Source: Bacteroidales bacterium (GTDB taxonomy: Bacteria; Bacteroidota; Bacteroidia; Bacteroidales; UBA10428). From it: DNA of 64,000 bases. The DNA lies in NCBI GenBank assembly GCA_016935355.1, contig JAFGRC010000104.1, positions 22,874 to 86,873 of the forward strand. Reading direction: 5' to 3'. Of the stretch, positions 17,927 through 28,608 are shown in pieces (the first letter of the stretch is position 1; the number at the start of each line of letters is the position of its first letter). The position numbers and the translations under genes were made by a program. Under the pieces are notes generated by a model that worked only from the letters and a program-made list of their open reading frames with translations, did no database searches and was not told the origin of the DNA.

Positions 17927-20089
17927 CCTGTATACAACAAGCTTCAAACTTGAAGTCCCGTAAGCTCCCGTAACTTTCAGAATATAGATACCGGACGGGA
18001 GATTCCCGGTCTGCAAATGAATCAAAGTCTGATAAGGCGGGAATTCCTGCTGATAGATCAACTGGCCCGATAAATTGTATAATTTCACCTGTACCGGTCC
18101 GGCTGTCATTTCCCTGAATTTAATCCAGCATGCATCCGAGACCGGATTCGGATAAACCAGGATCGCTGCAACAGAATCATCATCCGGATTTGTCACAGGA
18201 TCATGATCATAAACAACGGGCATGATGCTGAAGGAAGAATTATAAGATCCTGAAGTGTAATCATTCAGTGACATCCAGTTTGCTCCGTCGAAAACAAATG
18301 CCGAATTTCCCGGCTGAACCGTACGGTTATCAGCCATCCATACCGCAAATGTATCCTGGGGAATGTCATAAAAAAGTTCATATCCGACATAAAACGTATC
18401 GACAACAGATACAGACGAATCCAGTTCAATCAGGTTGACCTCACCCTTTACGAGATCTGCAAGATGTACATCCTTCTCAAAAACTATTTCTTTGGGTATG
18501 GTGCCTCCCTGCCAGACTTTCATGACCAGATGCCCCGAAACTGAAGCGACATAATTATGGGATATGTTCAACAATATGCCGAGCAGCGTTTTTTTGTCTA
18601 CAGTCCTGTATTGTTCTGCAAACTGCCTGAGATATGAAGAATTATGACCGGACAGGTGACCCCAGAGCAGTCCGTCCTTCTCAGCCACCAGTTGTTCGGT
18701 CTTCATAATGTTGGAAAGCGTGTCCCCGCTCATCCGGAATTCCGCGTAGGGATCATATCCGTCAATAAAACCGTACAAGCGCATGGCCGGATCAAGCCAG
18801 AAGCTCAGGAAATCCCATCCGCTTATCATCTTCTGAAAATAATCGTTGACCGGATTGCTGCATTGGGCCTGACCACCGGTCAGCGTACCCACAATCCTTC
18901 CGTTCTGGTCAAAGAAGGGTCCGCCTGATGAACCCGCTTCTGTGGTACCTGATTCCCAGTGATGGACAAGCCAGTGTGAATTTTCAACGTATTCACTGCT
19001 GAATGTTGCTGTTGTCAGAGGATGATTTTCCAGGGCAATTTTTTTTACATCTCCCTGCGGATGATGTATGGTTACACCTGAAAGCGGCTGATTATCCGTC
19101 ACATCCCATCCTGCGTAATAAGGATGATAATAGAAAGGAACAGGTTCAAGCAATTCCAGCAATACGAAATCGAGACGGTCACCTTTCGCCCGTATGGTCG
19201 ATCCCGAAATGCTCATGCTGCTGTTCCCGTCCGGTCCGTCGCAAAAAGGACTTTCATAATCAAAACAAAAGACCGATGTATTGGCAATGCTTTCCCGGTT
19301 GATGCAATGTGCTGCCGTAATCACAAAATTACGCCCGTTGTCGGAAGTGTTGTTTATAAGTGCCCCCGTGCACCGTTCACCACCATCGTAAACGATGCGA
19401 ACGACGGAATACTTAAGCCGCTGATATCCGGGATCATCATAACAATTGATATCTTCGTTGCAGTCCCCCGACCATCCGTACCATCCGTCCTTTAAAACCT
19501 TCGTTTCCCGGTCACCTGTAAAATCACATCCGATCTGCGCAACGACAAGCTGGCCCGCATGTTCAAGGAATGGCGGAACCTGCACTTCCACGATCAACAT
19601 TTCGCTGAACAGCTGTGCTGTTGCAAGCACACCTGTGGCTTTGTTGTTCAGATCTGTAAAAGCGCCCAGAATATGCTGCTGATCGTAATCATACAGATAG
19701 ACTTTCACGCCCTTGTTCACCCTGTAAGTATTGAAAACAATGTTCATGGCTGAGGCATTGCTGACAAGAAAAGCTGCACGCCAGATTTTTGTCCCTTCCT
19801 GCAGGGTATCCCAAATACCGGATTCATAAATATCAAAATCAACATCCGCCAGAAATCCTGAACCTGCAGGTTTCAGCAGGGGATGAGCCGCTTCGGTAAG
19901 TTCCCCCGATCTTACCTCCGGGGGAATCTCTATCTCATATACCATGAGTGGTTTTGAATCCTTATAGTTCAGCGGAAGGGGTTTCCCGGGCCTTGAAAGC
20001 TGACAGGCAGCAAGCGAACAGATGCACAGGAAACAATTCAATAAAATGCTTCGGCTGAACAGTTCTGGTCTCATAACGGTATCATTCAC
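17924..20089 (-). CDS. T9SS-secreted trypsin-fold (S1 family, lysyl-endopeptidase-like) serine protease
   Basis: 721-aa ORF with a signal peptide and a catalytic triad context of VITAAHC (His), DFVLLEL (Asp) and GSSGGPFF (Ser). The C-terminal ~80 aa (VYPNPVSD...GIYILKV...LKLVVYR) form a type-A Por/T9SS sorting domain. Confidence 0.8.
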   Translation of the reverse strand: MNDTVMRPELFSRSILLNCFLCICSLAACQLSRPGKPLPLNYKDSKPLMVYEIEIPPEVRSGELTEAAHPLLKPAGSGFLADVDFDIYESGIWDTLQEGTKIWRAAFLVSNASAMNIVFNTYRVNKGVKVYLYDYDQQHILGAFTDLNNKATGVLATAQLFSEMLIVEVQVPPFLEHAGQLVVAQIGCDFTGDRETKVLKDGWYGWSGDCNEDINCYDDPGYQRLKYSVVRIVYDGGERCTGALINNTSDNGRNFVITAAHCINRESIANTSVFCFDYESPFCDGPDGNSSMSISGSTIRAKGDRLDFVLLELLEPVPFYYHPYYAGWDVTDNQPLSGVTIHHPQGDVKKIALENHPLTTATFSSEYVENSHWLVHHWESGTTEAGSSGGPFFDQNGRIVGTLTGGQAQCSNPVNDYFQKMISGWDFLSFWLDPAMRLYGFIDGYDPYAEFRMSGDTLSNIMKTEQLVAEKDGLLWGHLSGHNSSYLRQFAEQYRTVDKKTLLGILLNISHNYVASVSGHLVMKVWQGGTIPKEIVFEKDVHLADLVKGEVNLIELDSSVSVVDTFYVGYELFYDIPQDTFAVWMADNRTVQPGNSAFVFDGANWMSLNDYTSGSYNSSFSIMPVVYDHDPVTNPDDDSVAAILVYPNPVSDACWIKFREMTAGPVQVKLYNLSGQLIYQQEFPPYQTLIHLQTGNLPSGIYILKVTGAYGTSSLKLVVYR

Positions 20090-20157
20090 ACCGTGAATTT
20101 ATTGTTTTTACAGGAAAATTGCTGCAAAATGAAAAGGGAAGTGTCAACATCCCGCAT

Positions 20158-21237
20158 TCATGGGACAAAAACCGCTCCACTCGGCATGATACCAACAGTA
20201 TGGAATGCCACCGGATGCATTTCCGCATCATAAATTTTCATAAGGCCATTGCCCGACAAATTTGCTTCAAACAGGTAAATTTCTCCGTTTCCGGGATTAA
20301 CCTCAATTCCATAAAAACCGGATCCCGCTAAAACAGGTTCTTCCACCAGGCCGGGATTCCTGACAGACAGACTGTAGACCCCGTCAGGTCTTAAATAGAA
20401 TAATGTAAGACCGTCATCAGAAATGGCACATTTGGGCGGAGTCATAGAGAAATCACCGGCTTTCCCCACTGTCTCCCGCCAGAGAACAACTCCGGTGACC
20501 GGATCTATCTTATGCAGATATGCATCTGTTTCCCGGATCAGTTCATATGGCGGATCCCAGTTATACAATGCATATCCTTTACAGTATATCCATAGGTTGC
20601 CGTCAGCATCAACTGCCATGTCTACGGGACCATCACTCACTTCAATGGTCTGAACCACATGGTCGGTTGAAACATCAATCACACTGACCGTTGAGTCCAG
20701 TCCCCACCCACCGCTGTTGCATATGTATGCTTTGCCGTTAAGGGCGATCAGGGATTCAGGACCAGATCCCACGGTTATGGAATCAATGACTGACATATCT
20801 TTCAGATCCACGATGAGCACATAACCCTGCATGCTTCCGCTGGTCAGATATCCTTTTTCAGCAGTTACAGGAAGAAAATATCGCGGATATGTCACGATAA
20901 TGGGTTGTGCTGCTGTCTTAAAATCAGAGAGGTTGACAATTTCCACCTTTGCGGAATTGTTGACAACAATAAATCCCGTTGTGTCACCATTCACGGCAAA
21001 GGATTGCACAACGTCACCCAAAGGACGGCCGTTGGCATCATTGAAAATATTATGGACCAATGTCCCGTCAAAAGGATTGTAATAGCTTACAGATCCGTTA
21101 TTGTTCCCGTAGAAGCCTTCATGAACAATGTAAATCCCCGGACCGTAATCACCACCGTCATTTCTGTTCAGGTTATCCTCACATGACACAAATACACAGA
21201 CCGGCATCAGTATCAAAATATACAGGATGTACTTCAT
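20158..21237 (-). CDS. surface lipoprotein with YncE/DUF5074-like beta-propeller repeats, in the position occupied by BtuG in B12 loci
   Basis: 359-aa ORF with lipoprotein signal (LILMPVCVFVSC). It has repeated beta-strand blades (IYIVHEG..NNGSVSYY, FIVVNNSAKVEIV, GYVLIVD, AYICNSGG, LWIYCKG, IYLFEAN). It starts 29 nt after the TonB-dependent receptor stop. Confidence 0.6.
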   Translation of the reverse strand: MKYILYILILMPVCVFVSCEDNLNRNDGGDYGPGIYIVHEGFYGNNNGSVSYYNPFDGTLVHNIFNDANGRPLGDVVQSFAVNGDTTGFIVVNNSAKVEIVNLSDFKTAAQPIIVTYPRYFLPVTAEKGYLTSGSMQGYVLIVDLKDMSVIDSITVGSGPESLIALNGKAYICNSGGWGLDSTVSVIDVSTDHVVQTIEVSDGPVDMAVDADGNLWIYCKGYALYNWDPPYELIRETDAYLHKIDPVTGVVLWRETVGKAGDFSMTPPKCAISDDGLTLFYLRPDGVYSLSVRNPGLVEEPVLAGSGFYGIEVNPGNGEIYLFEANLSGNGLMKIYDAEMHPVAFHTVGIMPSGAVFVP

Positions 21238-21266
21238 GATATATGAGTTTTTATTGCGGATTGTTA

Positions 21267-23243
21267 TCAGTTAAAATCCAGTGCCACGGTAATTTGAAAA
21301 GTCCTGCCCGGCATTGCATAGGCACGTATTGCTTCATACTGTTTGTTCAGCAGGTTTTCAATTTTAAAATGGATACCTGCACGAATGTTCTTGAATTCCC
21401 TTTCATAACCGCTAAACAGGTCGATCAATCCGTATGCGGGCAACCGGAAATACGGGTCAGCGCGCTCCACTGTTTCCCTTGAACCGGTCAGTGAACCATG
21501 GCAACCGATCGAAATCTCACGGTAACGGATGATCAGATTCATTCTGGCCACATGCCGCGGTATGTAAATAAGCTGGTTGCCCGTCAGTCCCTCACGTTCG
21601 TCATAAGTCTCAGAAATGGTGGCATAATTGCATCCGTAACTGATGTTTCCGGAAACGCTGGCAAATCCTGCAGGAAACAGGAAATTTATAACAGCCTCCG
21701 TCCCCCTGACATGTACCCGCTTATATTCCACAGGAGTTAGTGAATCACGCACGATCCACTGGATCCAATTGTCAATGCCCTGATAATATCCGGTCAGGAC
21801 AGCAGAAAGGTCTGTTCCTTTGTCATCATCATGTAAAATCAGCAATTCAGCAGCCATATCACCACCCCATCCTTTCTCAGGTTTTAAGCCTGTATTGCCG
21901 CCCGGCTTCCAGTATTTTTCGTTTAATGTGGGTTTCCTGAACTTGCTTGAAAAATTCGACCGGAATATAAGCTTTTCCGTGACTTTAACCCGGATTCCCA
22001 GTGAATACTGGAGAACAGGGTCTGTTCCCTCATAGAACTCCTGCCTCACGGATGTATTGATGATCCAGTCAGCAAGTCTGATCTTCAGATTGCCATAAAT
22101 GGCAAATTCATTTTCGATTATATCATCATTGTAATTGTTCGTAACAGCCCTGTTGTGGATGAACGAGCCGCCAGCTCCTGCAGTGATTACCCTTGAAATA
22201 TGATGGCGGTATTCAATGGCGTTCATCATGCTGCCGGTATTCATTTTTGAATTAAGAGAATAATTCTCATCAGTGACATTCAGCTTATCAGTATAATGCA
22301 GGAAATCAGTGAAATATGCGGTCTTTACCAAAAGGGACGAGTTTATAAAGGATCTTCTGTAATTCAGGTATGTCCTGAAGTTCCGGTCCTCCTGCATTGC
22401 ATTGCTTTCCCCATATGATCCCATAAGCGCGGGTATCTCCTTCATCTTATGCTGAAACCATGCACCTGCTTCAAAATAATTTCCGTTCCCGGCATTCAGG
22501 TACAGATTCTGGATCATGCCGCGGGACTTATAGGCGTTGTGCTCTGCCTGTATCTCGGGTGAACCTGCACGGTATGCGTCTACATACGTAAAATCATTGC
22601 GCGATTGATTGTCAATCAATGCCATATGATATTGCAGCCGGTTTCCGCCTGTTTGAAGCGAAAGAAAGTGTCCCCGGGTATGAAAACTGGCCCACGTTGC
22701 GGATGCACTGAACGCGATCCTCTTGTTCCAGTCGGGTTCATTGATGAGTTCAATCAGTCCGCCAAAAGTGCCACTGCCATTCAGTGCCCCGGAAGCACCA
22801 TGTACGATGTCGACCGACTGCATGAAACCAAACGGGATCAGTGATAGGTCGGCCTGTCCCGTTGAAGGCGAATTGATCGGAAAACCGTTCCAGCTGACGG
22901 ATGCATGATTGGAGCCGGTTCCGTGTAAAGAAAGTGAAATCAGGGATCCCGGACTCCCGTAACTTCTTACGAGTGCAGGTGACTCATAGTCAAGCACTGC
23001 GCCCAGGTTTTGTTGTTTGCTTAACGGAAAGGAACTGTTGCCAACCGATATGGTGGTCTGATCTTCTGAAAAAAACTTCGAATTGCTTTCAGTTATGATA
23101 ACTTCGGGTATGTGAACAGGTTCTGATTCCGGAATCTGGCAGACTGCCCCGGGACACATCAGCATTGCAGACAAAGCGGATAATAAGAAGTATGATTTCA
23201 AAGCCAATTCAGTATTGTTTAAACCCGAACAAATCTTTATCAC
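21267..23243 (-). CDS. btuB: TonB-dependent outer-membrane receptor (BtuB-like)
   Basis: 658-aa ORF with a plug domain (VIITES..., SLHGTGSNHASVSWNGFPIN), a 22-strand-type barrel and a C-terminal aromatic residue (ITVALDFN). It lies directly downstream of the cobalamin riboswitch. The track start is GTG at 23243. A TTG at 23201 would give the cleaner signal peptide (M)KSYFLLSALSAMLMCPGAVCQ. Confidence 0.85.
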   Translation of the reverse strand: MIKICSGLNNTELALKSYFLLSALSAMLMCPGAVCQIPESEPVHIPEVIITESNSKFFSEDQTTISVGNSSFPLSKQQNLGAVLDYESPALVRSYGSPGSLISLSLHGTGSNHASVSWNGFPINSPSTGQADLSLIPFGFMQSVDIVHGASGALNGSGTFGGLIELINEPDWNKRIAFSASATWASFHTRGHFLSLQTGGNRLQYHMALIDNQSRNDFTYVDAYRAGSPEIQAEHNAYKSRGMIQNLYLNAGNGNYFEAGAWFQHKMKEIPALMGSYGESNAMQEDRNFRTYLNYRRSFINSSLLVKTAYFTDFLHYTDKLNVTDENYSLNSKMNTGSMMNAIEYRHHISRVITAGAGGSFIHNRAVTNNYNDDIIENEFAIYGNLKIRLADWIINTSVRQEFYEGTDPVLQYSLGIRVKVTEKLIFRSNFSSKFRKPTLNEKYWKPGGNTGLKPEKGWGGDMAAELLILHDDDKGTDLSAVLTGYYQGIDNWIQWIVRDSLTPVEYKRVHVRGTEAVINFLFPAGFASVSGNISYGCNYATISETYDEREGLTGNQLIYIPRHVARMNLIIRYREISIGCHGSLTGSRETVERADPYFRLPAYGLIDLFSGYEREFKNIRAGIHFKIENLLNKQYEAIRAYAMPGRTFQITVALDFN

Positions 23244-23249
23244 GGCAGG

Positions 23250-23430
23250 TCTTCTGACTTACTCCATTCAGTGATGCCTTCCCGTTGCATCATCAGGTTT
23301 AAACCTGAAACATCAACAGTGGCCGGAGACGCACTGAAAAATACGGAGATTACAGCAGCGGGTACTGTTCAGGATTCTCACCTGATTCCCTATTATCCGG
23401 AAGATGAGGGCCCAACTTCCGGAACCATAA
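23250..23430 (-). promoter_or_regulatory. cobalamin (B12) riboswitch
   Basis: The reverse complement reads GGUUCCGGAAG...CUUCCGGAUAAUAGGGAAUCAGGUGAGAAUCCUGAACAGUACCCGCUGCUGUAA...GCCACUG (B12 box; + strand CAGTGGC at 23317-23323)...CGGGAAGGC (+ strand 23276-23284). All conserved core blocks of the RF00174 class are present in the right order. The boundaries are approximate. Confidence 0.85.
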
Positions 23431-23436
23431 TCTGCA

Positions 23437-23452
23437 CAAAGATACAAAAGTA
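23437..23452 (-). promoter_or_regulatory. two tandem TAnnTTTG -7 boxes (TACTTTTG, TATCTTTG) just upstream of the riboswitch
   Basis: The + strand reads CAAAGATA (23437-23444) and CAAAAGTA (23445-23452). The proximal box sits about 7 nt before the first riboswitch helix. Confidence 0.45.
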
Positions 23453-23505
23453 TTGCAGTTTTAAATATGCATATTACCAACAACACTCAATTTCTTATCA
23501 TTTGT

Positions 23506-23513
23506 TAACTTTG
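23506..23513 (+). promoter_or_regulatory. candidate -7 promoter box (TAACTTTG)
   Basis: Exact TAnnTTTG match 36 nt upstream of the ATG at 23549. Confidence 0.35.
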
Positions 23514-23548
23514 CATTACTTATTAACATTATTCATGACTGCAGAAAT

Positions 23549-24499
23549 ATGCGTTTGATCTTACTGTTACTGATACTGATTCCATATGCAGATCCTGCAG
23601 CCCAGTCATATGAAACAGGGAAGGGAAATGTGACCGGTGCCGATCCTTCCGGGACCACTTTCAACTTCCTGATGTTGTCATTTGATTTTGTCACCAACAG
23701 TGATTTTATGGGCAGACTCAGTGAAACCGTTGATCAACCTGCTTTTTCATCAACATTTTCCTACATCGGAAAATCAGGTATAGACGCGTCCCTGACAGGT
23801 TTTATGATTGGCAATTCGGATGAGTCACTGGAACATTATACATCTGAGGTTGATATCATGCTTGGATACCGTAAGGAATTGTTCGGATCACTGACATTGT
23901 ATCCTGCTTATTCCCATTTCTTTTACAGTAAAAAGTCCAACGACCTGCAAAAAATTTTTACAGACGAGTTGCATCTTGACGCTGATTACACATATAAATT
24001 TTTGAATTTGGGCCTTTCACCGATTGTATACCTGGGAAGACAACGCACATTCACGCTTAATTTCCGGAACTTTTATACCATCAATTTCAGCAATGTCATC
24101 CTCAACAATTCCATTATGAGTATACAACCGGGAGTCGATTTAAATTTCGGGGATTTCGAATACCTGAACCGGTATTATCTCGATGAAATGAAGGAAAATG
24201 AACGTTTTTACGAGTATTTGCTGCTGTCTAAAGCGATCCGTCAATATGCAATGGTTAAAAAGGCACAAAACCCGGAATTAACGGTATATCAGATCCTGGA
24301 CCAGTATCTGAATGAGAAAATCCAGGATACGTTTAAACTCACCTCTGCAGTCTTATACCTGCCGGTAAGTTATCTGGCCGGTAATTTTGGTATTAATACC
24401 GGATTGTATGTTTTTTTGCCAGTTAAACAACCCGATTATCTTTATAACGAAAAGCAGTTCTTTTTCACAGTGGGAATATCATACAATCTGGCATTCTGA
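23549..24499 (+). CDS. hypothetical outer-membrane beta-barrel-like protein
   Basis: 316-aa ORF with a signal peptide (MRLILLLLILIPYADPAAQ), alternating amphipathic strands rich in Y/F/G/S/T, and a terminal aromatic residue (GISYNLAF). I recognise no family. Confidence 0.5.
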   Translation: MRLILLLLILIPYADPAAQSYETGKGNVTGADPSGTTFNFLMLSFDFVTNSDFMGRLSETVDQPAFSSTFSYIGKSGIDASLTGFMIGNSDESLEHYTSEVDIMLGYRKELFGSLTLYPAYSHFFYSKKSNDLQKIFTDELHLDADYTYKFLNLGLSPIVYLGRQRTFTLNFRNFYTINFSNVILNNSIMSIQPGVDLNFGDFEYLNRYYLDEMKENERFYEYLLLSKAIRQYAMVKKAQNPELTVYQILDQYLNEKIQDTFKLTSAVLYLPVSYLAGNFGINTGLYVFLPVKQPDYLYNEKQFFFTVGISYNLAF

Positions 24500-24507
24500 A
24501 CTTCGTT

Positions 24508-25221
24508 CTACCTGCACAATTCCCTGATGTATTCACCGGCCTCGGGATCACCCAGCTCCCGGGCTTGCTGCAGGTCACTGCAAGCCTGATCATCCATTTC
24601 AAGATAAAACTCAGCCAGCGCCCGGTTAAAATAGTAATCATAGGTCTGATCCTGTAATTCAATTGCTTTTGAGTAATCCAGCACTGACGATTCGTAATCC
24701 TCCAGATAAAAATATGTGTTACCCCTGTCATAATAACCATCCGGGTATTCCGGATTCAGCGGAATACCCTGATTGAAATCAAGCAGTGCTTCCTTATATT
24801 TTCCGAGTTTGAAATATGCATTCCCCCTGGTGAACCAGGCGTCGTAGTTTTGCGGATCAAGTTTTATAACGGTTGTAAGATCGCTGACTGATTCCTCGAA
24901 CCTGCCCGTCTCATAGAATGCATTTGCCCTGTTGAACCAGGCATCTTTATAATCCGGCTTCATTTGGATCAGGCTGGTATAATCATTAATAGCCGTTTGA
25001 AAATCCTCCAGATCAAAGTAGGCGTTTCCCCTCAGATAATATGCTTCTAAACTGTTCCGATCGATTTCGATCGCTTTATTGTAATCATCGATTGCAGACA
25101 ACAGTCTTCCCTTTTCATGTTTTTCCCTTCCGGATTCGATATATTGTTGTGCCTTTTCCTGTGACATTCCCTGTTGAATGCTTACCAGCAGAATGAAAGC
25201 GACCGTATTCAGCTTATGCAT
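24508..25221 (-). CDS. secreted tetratricopeptide (TPR) repeat protein
   Basis: 237-aa ORF with a signal peptide and about 6 canonical 34-aa TPR units (AYYLRGNAYFDLEDFQTAINDY..., AWFNRANAFYETGRFEES...). Confidence 0.8.
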   Translation of the reverse strand: MHKLNTVAFILLVSIQQGMSQEKAQQYIESGREKHEKGRLLSAIDDYNKAIEIDRNSLEAYYLRGNAYFDLEDFQTAINDYTSLIQMKPDYKDAWFNRANAFYETGRFEESVSDLTTVIKLDPQNYDAWFTRGNAYFKLGKYKEALLDFNQGIPLNPEYPDGYYDRGNTYFYLEDYESSVLDYSKAIELQDQTYDYYFNRALAEFYLEMDDQACSDLQQARELGDPEAGEYIRELCR

Positions 25222-25253
25222 AAGTTATGTTTTAAAGATTAACACGATTTTTA

Positions 25254-25586
25254 CTACCGGTGGGGATTACGCTGGCGGATCATCCTTTGTCTGATCTGCT
25301 GCTGCCTGATCATCCGTTGCTGTATAATCTGCCGGCGACGTTCCATGGCCATCTTCCGGTTTATGATAGCCTGACTTTGCCGCATCATAACCTCGGCCCG
25401 GATTTGCAGCATGCGCTCGTGGTTATTGCCTTTGCGCACTATGGCATAATCCCTGCTGTTCTGGCGTATGACAAGATTATTGCGATCGATGCCGGAATTC
25501 TGCGCCACAGGTGTCTGTTCCTGACCATAAGCTGTGAAAAAAAAGACGCATGGCAAACATATCAATATTAACCTTTTCATTTTCAA
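25254..25586 (-). CDS. small secreted protein with an Arg/Gln/Met-rich basic tail (hypothetical)
   Basis: 110-aa ORF with signal peptide MKMKRLILICLPCVFFFTAYGQ. The C-terminus RRRQIIQQRMIRQQQIRQRMIRQRNPHR is low-complexity and repetitive. Confidence 0.45.
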   Translation of the reverse strand: MKMKRLILICLPCVFFFTAYGQEQTPVAQNSGIDRNNLVIRQNSRDYAIVRKGNNHERMLQIRAEVMMRQSQAIINRKMAMERRRQIIQQRMIRQQQIRQRMIRQRNPHR

Positions 25587-25752
25587 ACGGTTTTATTTAT
25601 ATCGATGATGAAATAAAATCCTGTTCCATTTTATTAGACGCATGTAAAACGCAATGGTTTAATCCGGTGAAAAATATTCCCGGCGATGCGCGCATCATAT
25701 TTTCACGCAATTTTTATAAATTGCTTTTCAAATTTAATAAAAAGCATTTTAA

Positions 25753-27749
<1,997 letters not shown>

Positions 27750-27750
<1 letters not shown>

Positions 27751-27786
27751 AAAAACTGTCACCCGAAAAACCGGATGACAGTTTTT
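27750..27786. terminator. bidirectional intrinsic terminator between ligA and tonB
   Basis: AAAAAA-CTGTCACCCG-AAAAAC-CGGATGACAG-TTTTT. The stem has 6 + 3 bp around one C.A mismatch, with a 6-nt loop, an A-tract on one side and a T-tract on the other. It sits between convergent genes. Confidence 0.6.
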
Positions 27787-27804
27787 AAATCAGCGTATTT
27801 TTTT

Positions 27805-28602
27805 CTATTCTGTCAGTGTAAATACAACTGGAATTGTGAACTGCTGTTTAACTGCTCTACCTCCCTGTCTTGCAGGTTGCCATCTTGGTGATGAAAGGAT
27901 CACGCGTCTGGTTTCTCCATCCAGTGTTGGATCAACACCACGCAGAATCACCACATCCACTACCTCACCCTGTGAGTTCACAGCAAATTGTACGGTTACA
28001 CGACCAAAGATATTATTTTCAATTGCAAGAGGCGGATATATGATGTTCTCCTGCACCCAGAGGCGGAAATCATTCAGATCGCCTCCACGGAAGGTTGCCT
28101 GTTCCTCAACAAACACAAAAGCTGGTTCCTCTTCAATGATCACAGATTCTTCTTCCTCAATAACCTCTATGATCTCTTCGGGAACCGGTTCGTTTGTTAC
28201 ACTCTCCCTTACGTCATCCACAATGGCAAGTTGTACTTCCTGCTGCACCGTATCCACAACAACAGGTGCCGTATACCTCACAGTTTGTTCAGCTGCGGAG
28301 GGAGGAGGTGGTGGAGGGGGTGGAGGTGCCAGATCTTCTTCGACATCTATGGTCTCCATTACAACAGATTTTTCCTCTGCCAAAACAATTTCCTCATCCT
28401 CTGCAGTCAAGGCCTTTATAAAAGGTACAGCAACAGCCGATGAAACCGCAATTAATGCAATAATAAAGCCTATGATCAAATACCGTCCAAATCTCTTACG
28501 CAGCAAGTATGAACCATAAGCCTTATTTCTGAATTCAAAAACGATATCATCGAATGTTAAAACCCTTTTCTTTTCCGGTTTATTCTCCATAATATAGATC
28601 AA
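27805..28602 (-). CDS. tonB: energy transducer TonB
   Basis: 265-aa ORF with an N-terminal anchor helix, a Pro-rich spacer (PPPPPPPPP) and a C-terminal TonB domain (GRVTVQFAVNSQGEVVDVVILRG...). Confidence 0.85.
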   Translation of the reverse strand: MIYIMENKPEKKRVLTFDDIVFEFRNKAYGSYLLRKRFGRYLIIGFIIALIAVSSAVAVPFIKALTAEDEEIVLAEEKSVVMETIDVEEDLAPPPPPPPPPSAAEQTVRYTAPVVVDTVQQEVQLAIVDDVRESVTNEPVPEEIIEVIEEEESVIIEEEPAFVFVEEQATFRGGDLNDFRLWVQENIIYPPLAIENNIFGRVTVQFAVNSQGEVVDVVILRGVDPTLDGETRRVILSSPRWQPARQGGRAVKQQFTIPVVFTLTE

Positions 28603-28608
28603 TTAATG

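Noticed and set aside
27836-28519. A 227-aa + strand ORF (and nested ORFs at 27988-28443 and 28194-28421) opposite tonB.
   Set aside because: It is antisense to a well-supported TonB gene. The product is low-complexity and Ser/Thr/Gly-rich, and its GGGGGGGGG run simply mirrors the TonB poly-Pro spacer. It is a typical shadow ORF.
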